Made by a program: the position numbers and the translations under genes. This document shows positions 50,001 through 61,770 of a stretch of 64,000 bases of DNA, piece by piece (positions within the stretch are counted from its first letter, which is position 1; each line of letters begins with the position of its first letter). Origin of the DNA: Vitrella brassicaformis CCMP3155. Lineage: Eukaryota; Protista; Chromerida. The notes beneath the pieces are model-generated. The model did no database searches. It was not told the DNA's origin and worked only from the letters and a program-made list of their open reading frames with translations. The stretch lies in NCBI GenBank assembly GCA_001179505.1, contig CDMY01000410.1:20734-84733 (forward strand), given 5' to 3'.

Positions 50001-51221
50001 TCTCAGGCGGCTTGGGGGCTGGAGGTGGAGGTGGGGGTGCGGGCATGGTGGGCATGAGATGGAGGTGGTGGTCCTTGCGGTACTTGCGGCCCGTCAGGGC
50101 GAGCAGCTCGTCTGTGTCATCGACCACAGATTCCTGCATACACGACAGCACAAGACGACAGACGGAATCCATGGTCACGCGATCAGCCGTATCCCTCTTC
50201 CTTTCACCCACCAAACTACCCACCCCTGCGTCGAGGATCGTCCCGCTGTCGCCATCGTCAGCACCGGCTCCGAAAAAGCCATAGCCGCGGCCTCCCTTGT
50301 AGAGCGCCCCAAAGCTCAAGTACGACTTGTCCTTGGCGCCGCTGACCTTTCTCTGGGTATCATGTGCTCGAGTGCCCTCGACGCTGCTGCTGCGGCTCAC
50401 CCCGCCGTCCTTGTCAGCATCGCCGGACTCGACGCGATGCCTGCTGGATGTGGGTGTGGCGGCAGGCTCCATGCTGGCGATCTGCGCCCTGAGAGTCTGT
50501 ATCTCGTCCAGAAAGACCTCCTCGTTGATCTTCTTCTCGTGGAGGACCCTCCGGTAAGCGTCGCCCCACCTCTCGTTCTGCTCCCTGGCGTCCTCCAGCT
50601 CCTGCGCCAGTGAAACCTTCTCATTCGCCAGCTTGACGATATCCGACGACATCTCCTGCATATCCTTCTCCTACATCGATGAAGGACACACACACACATA
50701 CACAATCACACGGCAGCCGTGGGATAGGTGCGTGCCGTCTGTTCGTTGGCCGACATCTATCTACTGACCTGTCTGAGTTTCTGCTCCTGCATGCCTGCCA
50801 CAGCCAGCTTGGTCCTGATCAGCTCATTGAGATGGTTGTCTGAACCGCCCTCACACATCGACAGCGACTGCCGCATGCTGACGGGAGACGGGCCGGGCTG
50901 CGCTGCATCGACTCGAGGAGGGGGATTCCATCCAGTCACGCGCCCTGGCGCCGGCGGCAGCGACCGAGGCGGAACCGCTGGCTGTGTGTGTTGTTGTGCA
51001 TCCATCTCGGACGACTCGGCGGTGTCCTCTTGGGATCCTGGCGGAGGAAAGAACGGTCTTGCGCGGCCGTAGCCCCTCATTTGGCTGCCAGATTTGTTGC
51101 CTTTTTTTGGCTTTCGCTCCTCTGCGAGCTGAGCTTTGCAGCGGTCTGGCTCCTTTCCCTGGAAAGGAGCGTTTGCATGCTCTTTCACCGTCGACTTTGC
51201 AGATCCATCAAGATCCGGCAT
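47044..51221 (-). CDS. TBC-domain Rab GTPase-activating protein with N-terminal coiled coil (start codon uncertain)
   Basis: LIRKGLPQEIRGEVW, Arg finger IGMDLNRT, Gln finger GYVQGMAYLAAMLLL, FLVEWLYTLF, RVWDSFLAEG; stop TGA 47046-47044. Confidence 0.9.
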
Positions 51222-51251
51222 CAACAAGCTTGTTTCTTCTCTCACTCAACC

Positions 51252-52587
51252 ATGGCTACCGTGGCGTCCAATGGCGTGGAGCCCGCAGCCAAGAAGCTCA
51301 AGGCAGGCACGGACGAGGAGGAGCTGTGCTATGTCACGGATGTGCACAGCACCGGCGTGTTGGGTACCGACCGATTCCCTGTCAACGAGGGCGAGTCGAA
51401 GCGCTACCATCTGTTCGTCGGGAAGATATGTCCTTTCGCGCATCGGGTCAGCCATCACCGCGGGCACACAGCACAGCGCAGCACAGCACACGGGCATTTG
51501 CAGTGTCGAGATGCCTCATTCTGCTCCACTTTGTGTGATGCAGGCGGAGATCGCCCGCAAGTTGAAGGGTCTCGAAGACGTCATCGGGCTGACGCAGGTC
51601 AACTCTGCGCAGGTGGAGGCGGGCTGGCGGCTGGACGACACATATTTCCACTCCACCCAAGCGGACCAGCGCGGCGAGCCCAACCCAGTGGCAGAAGCCA
51701 ACAACGTGCCAGATCTCTACAAGATGACCACCCCCAGCTTCAGCGGCCGCGCGTCCATCCCCGTGCTCTTCGACACCCACAGCAAAAAGATCGTCAACAC
51801 CGAAAGTGCCGAGATCGCCCGCTTCTTCAGCAGCGACAAGCTCAACCACATCAAGGCGTGCAAGCACCCAGAGCTGGATCTGTATCCGGTGGCCGAGAGA
51901 GCGGCGATTGATGATTTCTGCGACAAGTATGGGGCCGAGTTCGTCAAGCCTCTCTACCAGAGCGGCTTCACAAAAGACCAGACACGCTTCAACGAGCTCA
52001 ACGATCAGGTGAAGGCCAGACGCAGAGGCAAACGGGGCCGCACGAGCCTTTTCTGTGCGTGTGTCTGTCTCTATCTCTGTCCCTGTCTGCAGGTGTTTGG
52101 TTATCTGGCCAAGCTGGACGATTGTCTCGGTGACGGCCGCACCTTTGTGATGGGCGACAAGTTGACGGTGGCCGACATCCATGCCTACGTGCACCTCATC
52201 CGATTCGACCCCATCTACTACACACTGTACTGTGCGCAAGACACTCACGAAGAGACCCTGCTCGTTCTGCCTGTGGTCACTCCTTCCTTGTGCGACTCTG
52301 TGTGTGGTTCAGGTACAAGCTGACCCATCGCAGGATATCTGATCACCCCAACATCAAGAGCTACATCCAAAGACTGTGGCAGGTACGCACACACCACACC
52401 CGCACCAACGTATCACACAACTTCCAATAGCGTGTGTGTGTGTGGTTTTCAGCTCGATGGCTTCCGCCTGACGACCGACATTTCCGCGTCGATTGCCGGC
52501 TACTTCGAGAGCTGGAACCAGCCCAACTGCCCGATGCTCGTGCCCAAAGGGAAGGGCGGCCTGGACCTGTGGCTCGATGGTGTGTGA
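51252..52587 (+). CDS. ECM4: Glutathionyl-hydroquinone reductase (omega-like GST, ECM4/YqjG family)
   Basis: RYHLFVGKICPFAHR, DLYKMTTPSFSGRASIPVLFD, IVNTESAEIAR, DLYPVAERAAID, LTVADIHAYVHLIRFDPIYY, YIQRLWQ; stop 52585-52587. Confidence 0.9.
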
Positions 52588-53184
52588 TCGATCATCTGAT
52601 CTGGTGCTTTACCGGTGGTGGCCGCTGGCATCGTGTATGGTGTGACGCGTCGACAGTGCAGCTCTCGTCAGCGTCAGCCACCAGAGCTGCTCTGTCGAGA
52701 GGCGGAGAGCTGGTCATGGGCCTTAATGGCGTCCGATGTGGCGGCTTTCTGCTGCTGCCAGGGGGCCATCTGTGTGTGGCGCAGAGAACACATCCATACA
52801 CACAGGTGGCCTACGTTTTGCTCAAGCGATTCATCGATTCCTGGGTCCGTGCACTGCACGTGAGTGTAATCGCCAGTCTCCCTCTTGCCTTACGGCGATG
52901 ATTTATGAGGGGCCGGTGCATGTGTGCATGTGAGCGTGTGGACATGTGCTGCTGCTTTGCGGTTGAGCTGCACCCTTTTTTGGGCAGCCCGTGGATTTGA
53001 GCACCTTCAATGTGTGTGTAGCTGTGGCTGTGTTCATCGGACAGCCATTATTCCTGCAGACCATGCATAACAGATCCAATACAATGAAACGCGCCCACGC
53101 ACGCCACACGTTGAGACAAATCTCAACCAACAACAAAGCGATCGGTCCTCCCTCCCTCCCTCCCTTTCCCCACCGCTAGGTAGG

Positions 53185-55169
53185 TTATGCCTCTTCGAAC
53201 TTATCAGCTGCATAGGGGTCCTCGACTTCCTGCTGCTGCTCCAGCTGCTGCTGCTGCCCCTGCTTTTCTTTGCTCTCTTCCTCCTTGGTCTCTTCGGGCA
53301 CCTGCTCCTCTGCCTCTGGCGTCTCCTCATTGCTTGCTTCATCTGTGACCGCCGTTTCTTCTTCCTTGGTGACGTCGATGACCTCCTCTCTGACCTCTTC
53401 CTTGACCTCCTCTTTCACCTCAGTCATCTCCTCTTTCACCTCAGTCACCTCCTCTTTCACCTCAGTCACCTCTGTCACCTCTGGCGGCTCCTCCTCGTTG
53501 ATCTCAGCCTCCAGCACGTCTGAACAGCAGACGAGAAATGTGTGTCTTCTCCCCTCCCGAGAGCCATGACATGTCTCCCTCCCTCCCTCCCTCCCTTGGT
53601 ACCCGCGACTTTGGTGTCGTCGATTTGTTCCTCCGACACCTTCGCCGCCTCCTCGTCCTTGACTGCGGCCAGGAGGACCTCTTCGGTTTTCTTCTTTGGC
53701 ATGCGATTGGCCTCGTCGACCGCCTCCTGCAGATCGCTCTCACTTGCCCCCTCGCCAACAGCCACGGGAGTAGCGTGGGGGTCGCCGCGATGCACCACTT
53801 TGGCTTTCGCGTCGAGGGACTCGTCAGGTGGTTCCTGAGGAGGGGCAGGGGGCGCCTTACGTGCTGGCCCGCCGCCGGCCACCCACCTGCAATGAAAGGG
53901 GCATTAGCCCTGTACTGTCTTCATGTCTCTTGAGTGCGTGTGTGTGGTGCCCCATACCCTCTCTTCTGCGTCTCTTCATCTTTCTGTGTCCAGTTGAGCT
54001 TCTCTGCCTTCTGAGGCGTCCTGGCGGTCGCCCGCAGGCCCTCCTTCTGTGTGGCCTTGAGAGAGCTGCCTGACGGTGGTGGTGGTGCTTTGCCCCTGCC
54101 TGCGGCGGCCTTGGGCTTCTGTGCCGTCATCTTTTGTTTGGCTGCAGGTGCCCCACGTGTTCCCCCTTTGGCCGTGTCGAGGAGGGACCCAGGCTGAGGA
54201 GGGGCATGGACACCTGCGTAGTAGAAAACACTCGCCCGTGGCTGATGTCGCACCGTAGGCAGCAACTTCACACACACAAAAGACAGGCAGCCAGAACGCG
54301 TAGGTCTGGGTATGTGGGACCACATGAGAGTCGTTCCATTTGCCGACCCCGCTTCCTACCGTCCCATCCTTGGCTGTCTCGCTCACGGAGCTGCTCCTTC
54401 GTCTCGCCTCCTCCACCTCCTCCTCACCAGCATCTTCAGCCATCCCTCTTGTCATGGCCTCATCAGCACTCGCAGGCTGCGGGCGACCCAGAGCATGGGA
54501 CCTCCTCGATTGCACCAGGGGCGGCAGCTTGCCCAGCCGCTGTTTGCCGTGCATCTTCATGAGCATGTCCCTGTACTTGCGCGACATCTGGTAGTCCTTC
54601 TCAAGGCCCCTGATGTCGAATGTGGGTTTGCTGCCGACGATGCGGCGCACAAGGGCCTCGTTCTCAGCGTTGATGGCCGCCTGCTTCTTCCGTCGGTAGC
54701 CTTCGTGCAAAGTGCGGAGCGACTCCAGCTTGGATGCCGTCATGGGCGACACGGGGGGCGGGAGGGAGGGGGGAGGGGGACTGTCGCCCTCCCGCTGGCC
54801 CTCCGGCGGGTTCGTGTCACTGGCAGGCGGCGGGGAGCCGGCCGTGCTGTCGGTTGTCGGCGAGGCACGACCTTTGCGGAGGGTCATCTGCTTGGAGTGT
54901 GACTGTCGGCTGATCTCGAATAGCCTCTCCACCAGCTTGCGATTCTCCTTGTTGATCTCGGCTTGTCTGCAGTGCTCACGAAAGGCCCTCGCCCGCCCCG
55001 CCACCTCATGCAGGCCGATTTCCAGTGTTTTGGGGCACGTGTTGTCGACAGAGGGACGGATGGCGCCGAGGGCCTCCCTGTGCTTGTAGTACCGCCTGGT
55101 CCAGTCAATTCTGCTGCACACACTGACATCGGGATCCATATTCGCAATCAGGCTGGCATTCATCGCCAT
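53185..55169 (-). CDS. CFAP97/Hemingway-like (KIAA1430-type) probable flagellar protein with Glu/Val/Lys-rich tail
   Basis: HREALGAIRPSVDN, RQAEINKENRKLVERLFEI and RRKKQAAINAENEALVRRIVGSKP resemble the paired motif of this family; later exons encode an acidic repeat tail ending KFEEA*. Confidence 0.65.
53409..53471 (-). repeat. Coding 21-bp tandem repeat (3 units) encoding (V/M)TEVKEE
   Basis: cctctttcacctcagtca(t/c)ct x3. Confidence 0.9.
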
Positions 55170-55525
55170 TGGAAAGAACTGGGAAGAGGGCCTCGCGCAA
55201 TGCTCTCCAGGCCTACCTGCATAGGAACACAAAGTGGGCAGTCAACAGACACATTCAGCCTGTTGCGCGCTCGATTGGGGCCTCTTTCTACCGTGCCGAA
55301 ATTGCGGCAAGACCCGACTCAATCCGTGGAGAAGGCACAGAGCACGCAGCGGAGGCTGACGGGACGAGAGGAGAGGGGAGGAGAAACAGAGAACGGCACG
55401 GCGCTCGCGAGCTTAGCTAGCACTCGGAATGAGCTCGCACAAATTGGCGACATCGCTTCAGAACAGATCTGTCAATCAGCTTGTGGTGAATCGACTTGCC
55501 TATTGCTACCCACCATAGATCAAGC

Positions 55526-58416
55526 ATGCAGCAAACATTTGACCGGCATGTGTTTGACCTCTCGAGTAAGGCAGCAAACAGTCAGATGGGGCATCACGGC
55601 TGATCATGCGTGGGATCTCTGCGTATGTGTGCAGCTTTCTTCTATGTGCTTATCCTTCTGGTCTATCTCTGCTTATCACATTGGTGAGTCATGAGCAACG
55701 AGAGAAACCCGGTGTGTGTCATAACATGTGTATGTTGTGGGCAGGCTTGAGAGGATGAAGCACAAATACCTGCAAGGCCCCGGGATGGCCATCATCCTTG
55801 GTACACACATGCACTCACGGCCAGCCAGCCAGACAGGCGGTGGTGCAATGGGTGTGCGCGGCTTCGTGTAGGCATCTTCATGGGCATCATTCTCCACGTG
55901 GCGTACGAGCAGGAGTCGGCTGTCAAGTTCGCCGACCTGTACGCATACCTGCTGCCTCCGATCATCTTCAACATGGGATTCAACACGACAGGGTCAGCAT
56001 GGCGTGGGAGAGTGTGGGTGGATGCTGTGCTGTCTGTCCACTCACATTTGTCTGTCCCTGGCTGGGCCGATGCATGCAGGGAAAGTCTGATGGCGGCTGG
56101 CCGGTACATCATGCACTTCGGTATCGTGGCATCTCTCATCTTTTTCGCCGCCCTCATGCTGGTCATCAACAGCCTTTTTTCCCACTTCACGACTCTCGAC
56201 GGGCAGCCCATCAACGCGTCAGTGTACCAGGGCATCTCGCTTGCAGCCGCACTGGTGGCCGTGGAGGTCAGAATAGCGCTGACGGAGTGAAGGCAGAGAG
56301 AGGTGCGTGTGTGCTATATTGGTGTTCTTCTGTCTGTGTGTTTGTGTTGATGTGCAGTGCACGCCTGGCATGTGTCAGTTCCCCGCCGACCGCTTCCCGA
56401 AGCTGAGGGCACTGCTCATCGGAGGTACCTGAGGCAAGAGAGATGAGGCACCCACCGCCGTTCGATACATGGATGGATGGATGGATGGACGGCTGTGCAG
56501 AGGGTCTGTTGAACAACATAGTCGCCATCCTGCTGTCATGTGCTGTGGCTGCTGAGCCGCCTCCTGAGCCCTCCCAGTGGCCCCCCATGGGTCTGGTGGG
56601 CTTCAAGGTGCTCTACTTCCTCATCACGTCGGCGTCGACGGGCTTCCTGTTTGGCCTCACCATATCGTTTGTTTACAATCAGGTCAAGCGGCGTAGCGTG
56701 CATTGCATTTCACTGGGGGGCGTATGCGCTCATGCGTGCTGTCTCTCTGCCTCTGTGGTGTGCAGCTTTCCGATTCGCCGTATTCGTATTTGTTGTATCG
56801 CTATCCGAGCCGTTCTGTGGCGCTGCTGTTCATATGGGCGTACCTGGGCTATGTGGTCGCGGATTACCTGCAGTTCTCCCCCCTGCTCACACTCATGTGC
56901 ACCGCACTCACCATGGCCAACTATGCATGGTCAGCCGACCAAGAGAACAGCATGGAGGGCCGCATTACGTTGCTGCACGCATTGATGTGGTGTTTGTAGG
57001 CATAGTCTGTCTCAGGAGGGCCGGGTAGTCGCCACAGAAGCCACCAAAGTCGCTAGGTAAGGCACATCACATCAGTCACATCAAACTGTGTAGTCACATG
57101 CGTGTCGTCTGTTCACTCTGCAGTTATTTTGGTGAGGCGATGGTGTTCGGTTCGTTTGGTTTCGCGTTGGTGGCCGCGTGGCGGCGGCCGGGGGCCTTGT
57201 CGATACCCTTCATACTCGTGCTCTTCCTCCTTGTCATCGCCCTAAGATTCGCCATCCTGTACACTATCGCAGGTACACCGATGCGTCAGGAGGAGAGAAT
57301 GCGGCTCGTTCACTGTGTCTGTATTGTTGGCAGGCATCGTGTATGTGTGTGATCGTCTGTTCATCCGCTGCTGCTCCCCCGAGGCACTCATGAGCGAACC
57401 AAAGGGGAAGGAGCTGCTCCTACTCGCACTCACCGGGGGCATCAGGGGTCAGCTCACACGACACAGGCATCCATGGAGTGACACCCATCTGTGTATGTGC
57501 AGGGACCGTGGCATACGCTCTGATCCTTGCTCGCACGCCACCTCTTGACATGCGGGCGGACTCTGACCGGCTACTCAACACCACCGTCGTCGGTAAGGAT
57601 GGGCACAGACAGCAAGTACAGACGGTCGTGCATTCATTTCTCCCCTGTGTTGGATGCGTTTCTCACTCCCGTCAGGTGTGTCTGTGCTGTCTGTGCTGCT
57701 TCTTGATGGCCTCACCCCACTCGCCCTCAGGTTACTCAAAGCCACTGATGGCATTGCAAAGGTACACATACAGAGAGAGAGGGCCGTATTTCCATGGATT
57801 CACCAACTCTCCAGAATATACGGCATGTGTTTACCTTACCTCCTTCAGGATGCCGACGCCCTCCCTCTGAAGCAGCCGTTCCTGGACGGAGCACCATCAG
57901 CTGCTGTGGAGGGCCGCTCGGCCGACCGGGCTGGCGGCGGGGCACATGCTCGACTTGATCCCGGAGAGTCCCCCAGCAGCAGGTGGGGCAGGCAGGCAGG
58001 CAGGGAGGGAGGGAGGGCGGGAAGGAGGGAACGACACACACCGAGACACGCATGGATGGATGTGTCCCTTGTCTGCCTTTCTTTGCAGGTACGAGAGCTT
58101 GCCCTTGTCTCCTTCCCGGCGCGTGAGCCACGATGCGAGGGAGAATGCAGAGCCGGCACAGCCAGCCGCGGAGCCAAGAAAGAAGGGACTCGCCAAATGG
58201 TGGCTTCAATCACACCGTCCGAAAAAGACAGCCACACGGAGTCTGTCGTGTTGTGTGTGCAGGTGGTCAGCATTGGACAGGGAGTACTTACGGCCGCTGT
58301 TCGGCGGGCAGCCGGAGGAGACCCTCAGCACTCAGCCGTCAGGGTCCTACCCCCTCCCCCCACCGCCAGCCGCACAGACGGGGCCGACAGCCAAGGAAGG
58401 CATCGTAAGGAGATGA
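55526..58416 (+). CDS. Na+/H+ exchanger (CPA1/NHE family), divergent
   Basis: Many hydrophobic exons; YAYLLPPIIFNMGF, LIGEGLLNNIVAILL, EAMVFGSFGF, LTGGIRGTVAYAL; hydrophilic C-tail; first exon MQQTFDRHVFDLS inferred from donor GA|GTAAGG. Confidence 0.8.
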
Positions 58417-58689
58417 TGAACCGACGGCTGATCGCAAGATGCCTGCAGTCAGTCAGTAAGGCAGTGCTCGCGAATGCTCGAGAAGAAGAGGATGGTGGGC
58501 GGCGAGGGGGAGGTTGCGTATGAGGGAGAAAATGAGTGAGCTGGTCTGTTTGTTTGTCCATCGGATGGTGGGAGGCATTCGCTTGTGTAAGCTTCGTCGA
58601 TGGTGGATAGATGTATGGGTATTTGTAGGACCTGACCCCACCATGACATTCAACACATGCTATGTCCACACACGCAATGACCCCGCCGC

Positions 58690-58820
58690 CTGTTTGCCTG
58701 TGCGTATGACAGACATGTTGCGTTCATAAGATTGGACACGCTGTATATATATGCACCATCATCCTTGTAGGCTTTCAGCTGACTTGAATTACCACACGAC
58801 AAGTTGGCTGTGGTCAATTT
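58690..58820 (+). repeat. Left part of the dispersed repeat (matches about 45165-45276)
   Basis: Direct sequence match by eye. Confidence 0.85.
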
Positions 58821-59061
58821 GACAAATAGAATGTGGCGTCAGAGCCTTCTGAGTGAATTGGATGGGTGTCGAGAATTCTAGCCGAGACGGCGTGATTTAT
58901 GATTCAGTGATTTACAGAGCCTCCCTTCAGCCGTTTTCTCGAGCCGCCCTCCCTCAACCTCCCATCGATCTCCCTTCTAGCCCCTCTTCCACCTCGACGA
59001 CGACGCTGACCGCTGCAGTGCTTTGTGTGTTCCATTCCTGGGTTGCCTCAAGCAAAAGCAG

Positions 59062-60215
59062 ATGTTGAAGAAGGTCTATAGTAGTAGTCAACTTCCAAGA
59101 AGAGAGGTGCCCGCAAGAAGGCCGCCAAAAAGCCAAAGGAGACCCGCGAGAAGACGCCCACCTGATAGAGGGTTGTGTGTCCTGCGCCCACGAGCCTGTG
59201 AAGTCTGTTGAGGCGCGCGATGAAGTTGCAGCCACGGAAGGCGCGATAGGAGGACAGGGAGAGGATCCGTTAACCATTCTGCCCACACACTCGGTGCAGT
59301 CGGATGGATGCCTGTCCTGTGTGCCATTACATGCAGATGAGGTGGTACTGTTGTGCCACAAGCCAGCACCCACGCCGTCAGTCATCCCCAAGGACCAAAA
59401 GTACTTGGACAGTAAGCACCCGCGACACGCCCACACGAAGCACCTCACATACAGACAGACGAATGAATGAATGAACGAACGAATCGACCTGTGGCTCCTC
59501 TTGTTCAGGTCACGAGCACGGTGACGACCATAACGGACCTGCCGCCCACCAACACAAGCGTCAATCGAAGAAGACGTCCGGCGAGTCGGTCAAGAAGGCA
59601 ATAGTCAAGAAGGAAGGCGATCCCAAGAACAAGCGACCGGTGCCCAAGAAGGCCGCTGCTGAAGGCCGCCCACACCAACAGCAGCTCGGTGAATTCGAAG
59701 CTGATCATGTGAAAGAGGGACATATTGGTCTGTCTGTCTGTGTGTATGTTCTCAGAGGTGCCCACGTCAAAGGTCAATGGTGTCTATTGGCGTGGAGACG
59801 TGCAGGCGTGGGTCGCTTCATGGTACGAGAGGGAGGGCCACAAGCAGCTGCGAAAGTTCAAGCGGTTCAACGTCAAAGAGCACGGCTTTCCGAAGGCCAA
59901 GGTACACACACAAAGGACAACACAACCGAACACCAAATGGGTGCATCACCCACCCTTGTGTCCGCTTTCTGCCAGGCATTGGCTGAGGAGCATCGACGAC
60001 GGATGGACCGCATCGCACAGACAGGCGTAGCCAAGCATTCTGAGCACAAGAGCGGTGTAAGGGGTGTCCACTTCAACCAGAAGGACAACAGCTGGGTCGC
60101 GACTTTGGAGAAAGGCCGAATGAAGAAGACGAAAGCCTTCCCTGTCCTCCAGTTTTGTTACGAGGGAGCGAAACAGGCTGCCATTGCACACAGACAGGCT
60201 ATGGAAGGTCTTTAG
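59062..60215 (+). CDS. ApiAP2 transcription factor with two tandem AP2 domains (5' end uncertain)
   Basis: AP2-1 SKVNGVYWRGDVQAWVASWYE..KRFNVKEHGFPKAK|ALAEEHR; AP2-2 SGVRGVHFNQKDNSWVATL..KAFPVLQFCYEGAKQAAIAHR; Lys-rich upstream exons; TAG 60213-60215. Confidence 0.85.
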
Positions 60216-60399
60216 TCTGCCTGTGGGCAATGGCAGCCTCGAGTGCATTCACTCGCCCGATTTTTCGCCCGTAGCAGCTGCTCTGCGGCTGCCCTGACAC
60301 AGTACATTCATACAAGAAACACATACACATAACTCTGGCTGCCTTGTCTGACTCCACCCTATATCTGCCTGCCTGCCCACCCTTTCATCCGTCTGTTTG

Positions 60400-60890
60400 C
60401 CGATGCGTGACGTAATGTGGCCTCTGCTGGCTGCTCGCCCTGTCATTCGACGCGTGATGTGGTGTCTGCTGGCGAGCTGAGAGGTGCAATCTCACGGGCT
60501 CGCCAAAGCCGAGGTACACACACCTCACACACACACACACACCCCCCTCACACACAAATCCATCCATCCGTTGATCGATTGACCACCCCCTCGTGTGTGT
60601 GTGTGTGTGTGTGTATGCGTCTATGCGTGTATGTCCTCCTTCTGAGTGCCATCGGAGAGAGATGGAGGACACCGGGCGGACGGGCATAGATGCGGAACCT
60701 GGTCCAGCACCTGAGCGGTGTCAGGGGCGTGCACTACAATCCCAGAGACAACGCGTGGGTCCCACTTTTCGGGGGGCCTCATGAAGAAGATCAAGGCGTT
60801 CTATGTGCGGCGAATGGGCAACCAGGACGCCAAACAGGCTGCCATCGACTGCCGACGCGCCTGAGAGCATCACAGCAACAACTAGGGCCG
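60400..60890 (+). pseudogene. Decayed tandem duplicate of the AP2-encoding exons
   Basis: HGLAKAE|gtacac mirrors HGFPKAK|gtacac; LSGVRGVHYNPRDNAWV, then a frameshift to MKKIKAFYVRRMGNQDAKQAAIDCRRA with an in-frame TGA. Confidence 0.75.
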
Positions 60891-61024
60891 AGCGGGTCAC
60901 TCGCTTACGCCACTCATGTCTCTCGCCAGACGTCGACTCGGCTTGCCTTGCCTTGCCCGGCAGACTGCATCCCACTACTCAGCAGCTGCTTGACTGCTGA
61001 CGGATCGGGAGGCGAGACGTGAGC

Positions 61025-61255
61025 AGTCACGGCCACTGGGATACTGGAGTGGCATGACGTTTTGGCGTGGCATGGTCAATTGCTGCCTGCATTTTATATT
61101 TGTGGACTCTTTTCTCACATCAGCGACGCTCTCAGCCCAGCAGGATTGTTTCAAGTCGAGTGTGCTATCGGCCGACGGCACCACGGTGAGTAAGCCCACG
61201 TACCTCTTCAGTTCAGCCATCCACATCTGTGTCTCGCTTTGCTTCTCCCTCTTTT
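61025..61255 (+). repeat. Right part of the dispersed repeat (matches about 45285-45535)
   Basis: Direct sequence match by eye. Confidence 0.85.
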
Positions 61256-61770
61256 TGTGTGCGTGTGTGTGCAGAGCGACTGGCCGCACACGACAGCTGA
61301 GACAGTAGATACAAAGATACGAAAAGTAATGCTTTAGGTATGGCAGGCCAAGCCCAAAGCCCACCTGTATCGATGTCTGTCGATTCGAGTCTCTGTGCGG
61401 GTTGAGTGCGAAGGCTGTGGTGTTGGGCGGCAGCAACGTACTGCCACGTGGAGGGAGGGCACTTCAGGATGAGGGATATCGCATCTTATGTTGTGCGAGG
61501 GAGATAGGTGTGTGGTCCGTCTGTCCATTTGAGACCTTCGTCGATGGTGGATAGATGTCTGGGTATTTACATGACCTTTGTCCATCCATGAGATTCAACG
61601 CATTGCATGACACGTCCACATGCGCAATGTGACTGATATAAGGTCCAGGTGAGCCAGGTAATAGGGCCCTTCCTTCACCGCATCCAAGCAACAAGCCACC
61701 CTACATAGTGCACACCAAGACACGCAACATCACACACACACACAGGCAGACACATCAGGTCTCAGCGTCG

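Noticed and set aside
60850-60890. In-frame TGA in the AP2 duplicate as selenocysteine or readthrough
   Set aside because: The same segment also has frameshifts and no SECIS was identified; pseudogene decay is simpler.
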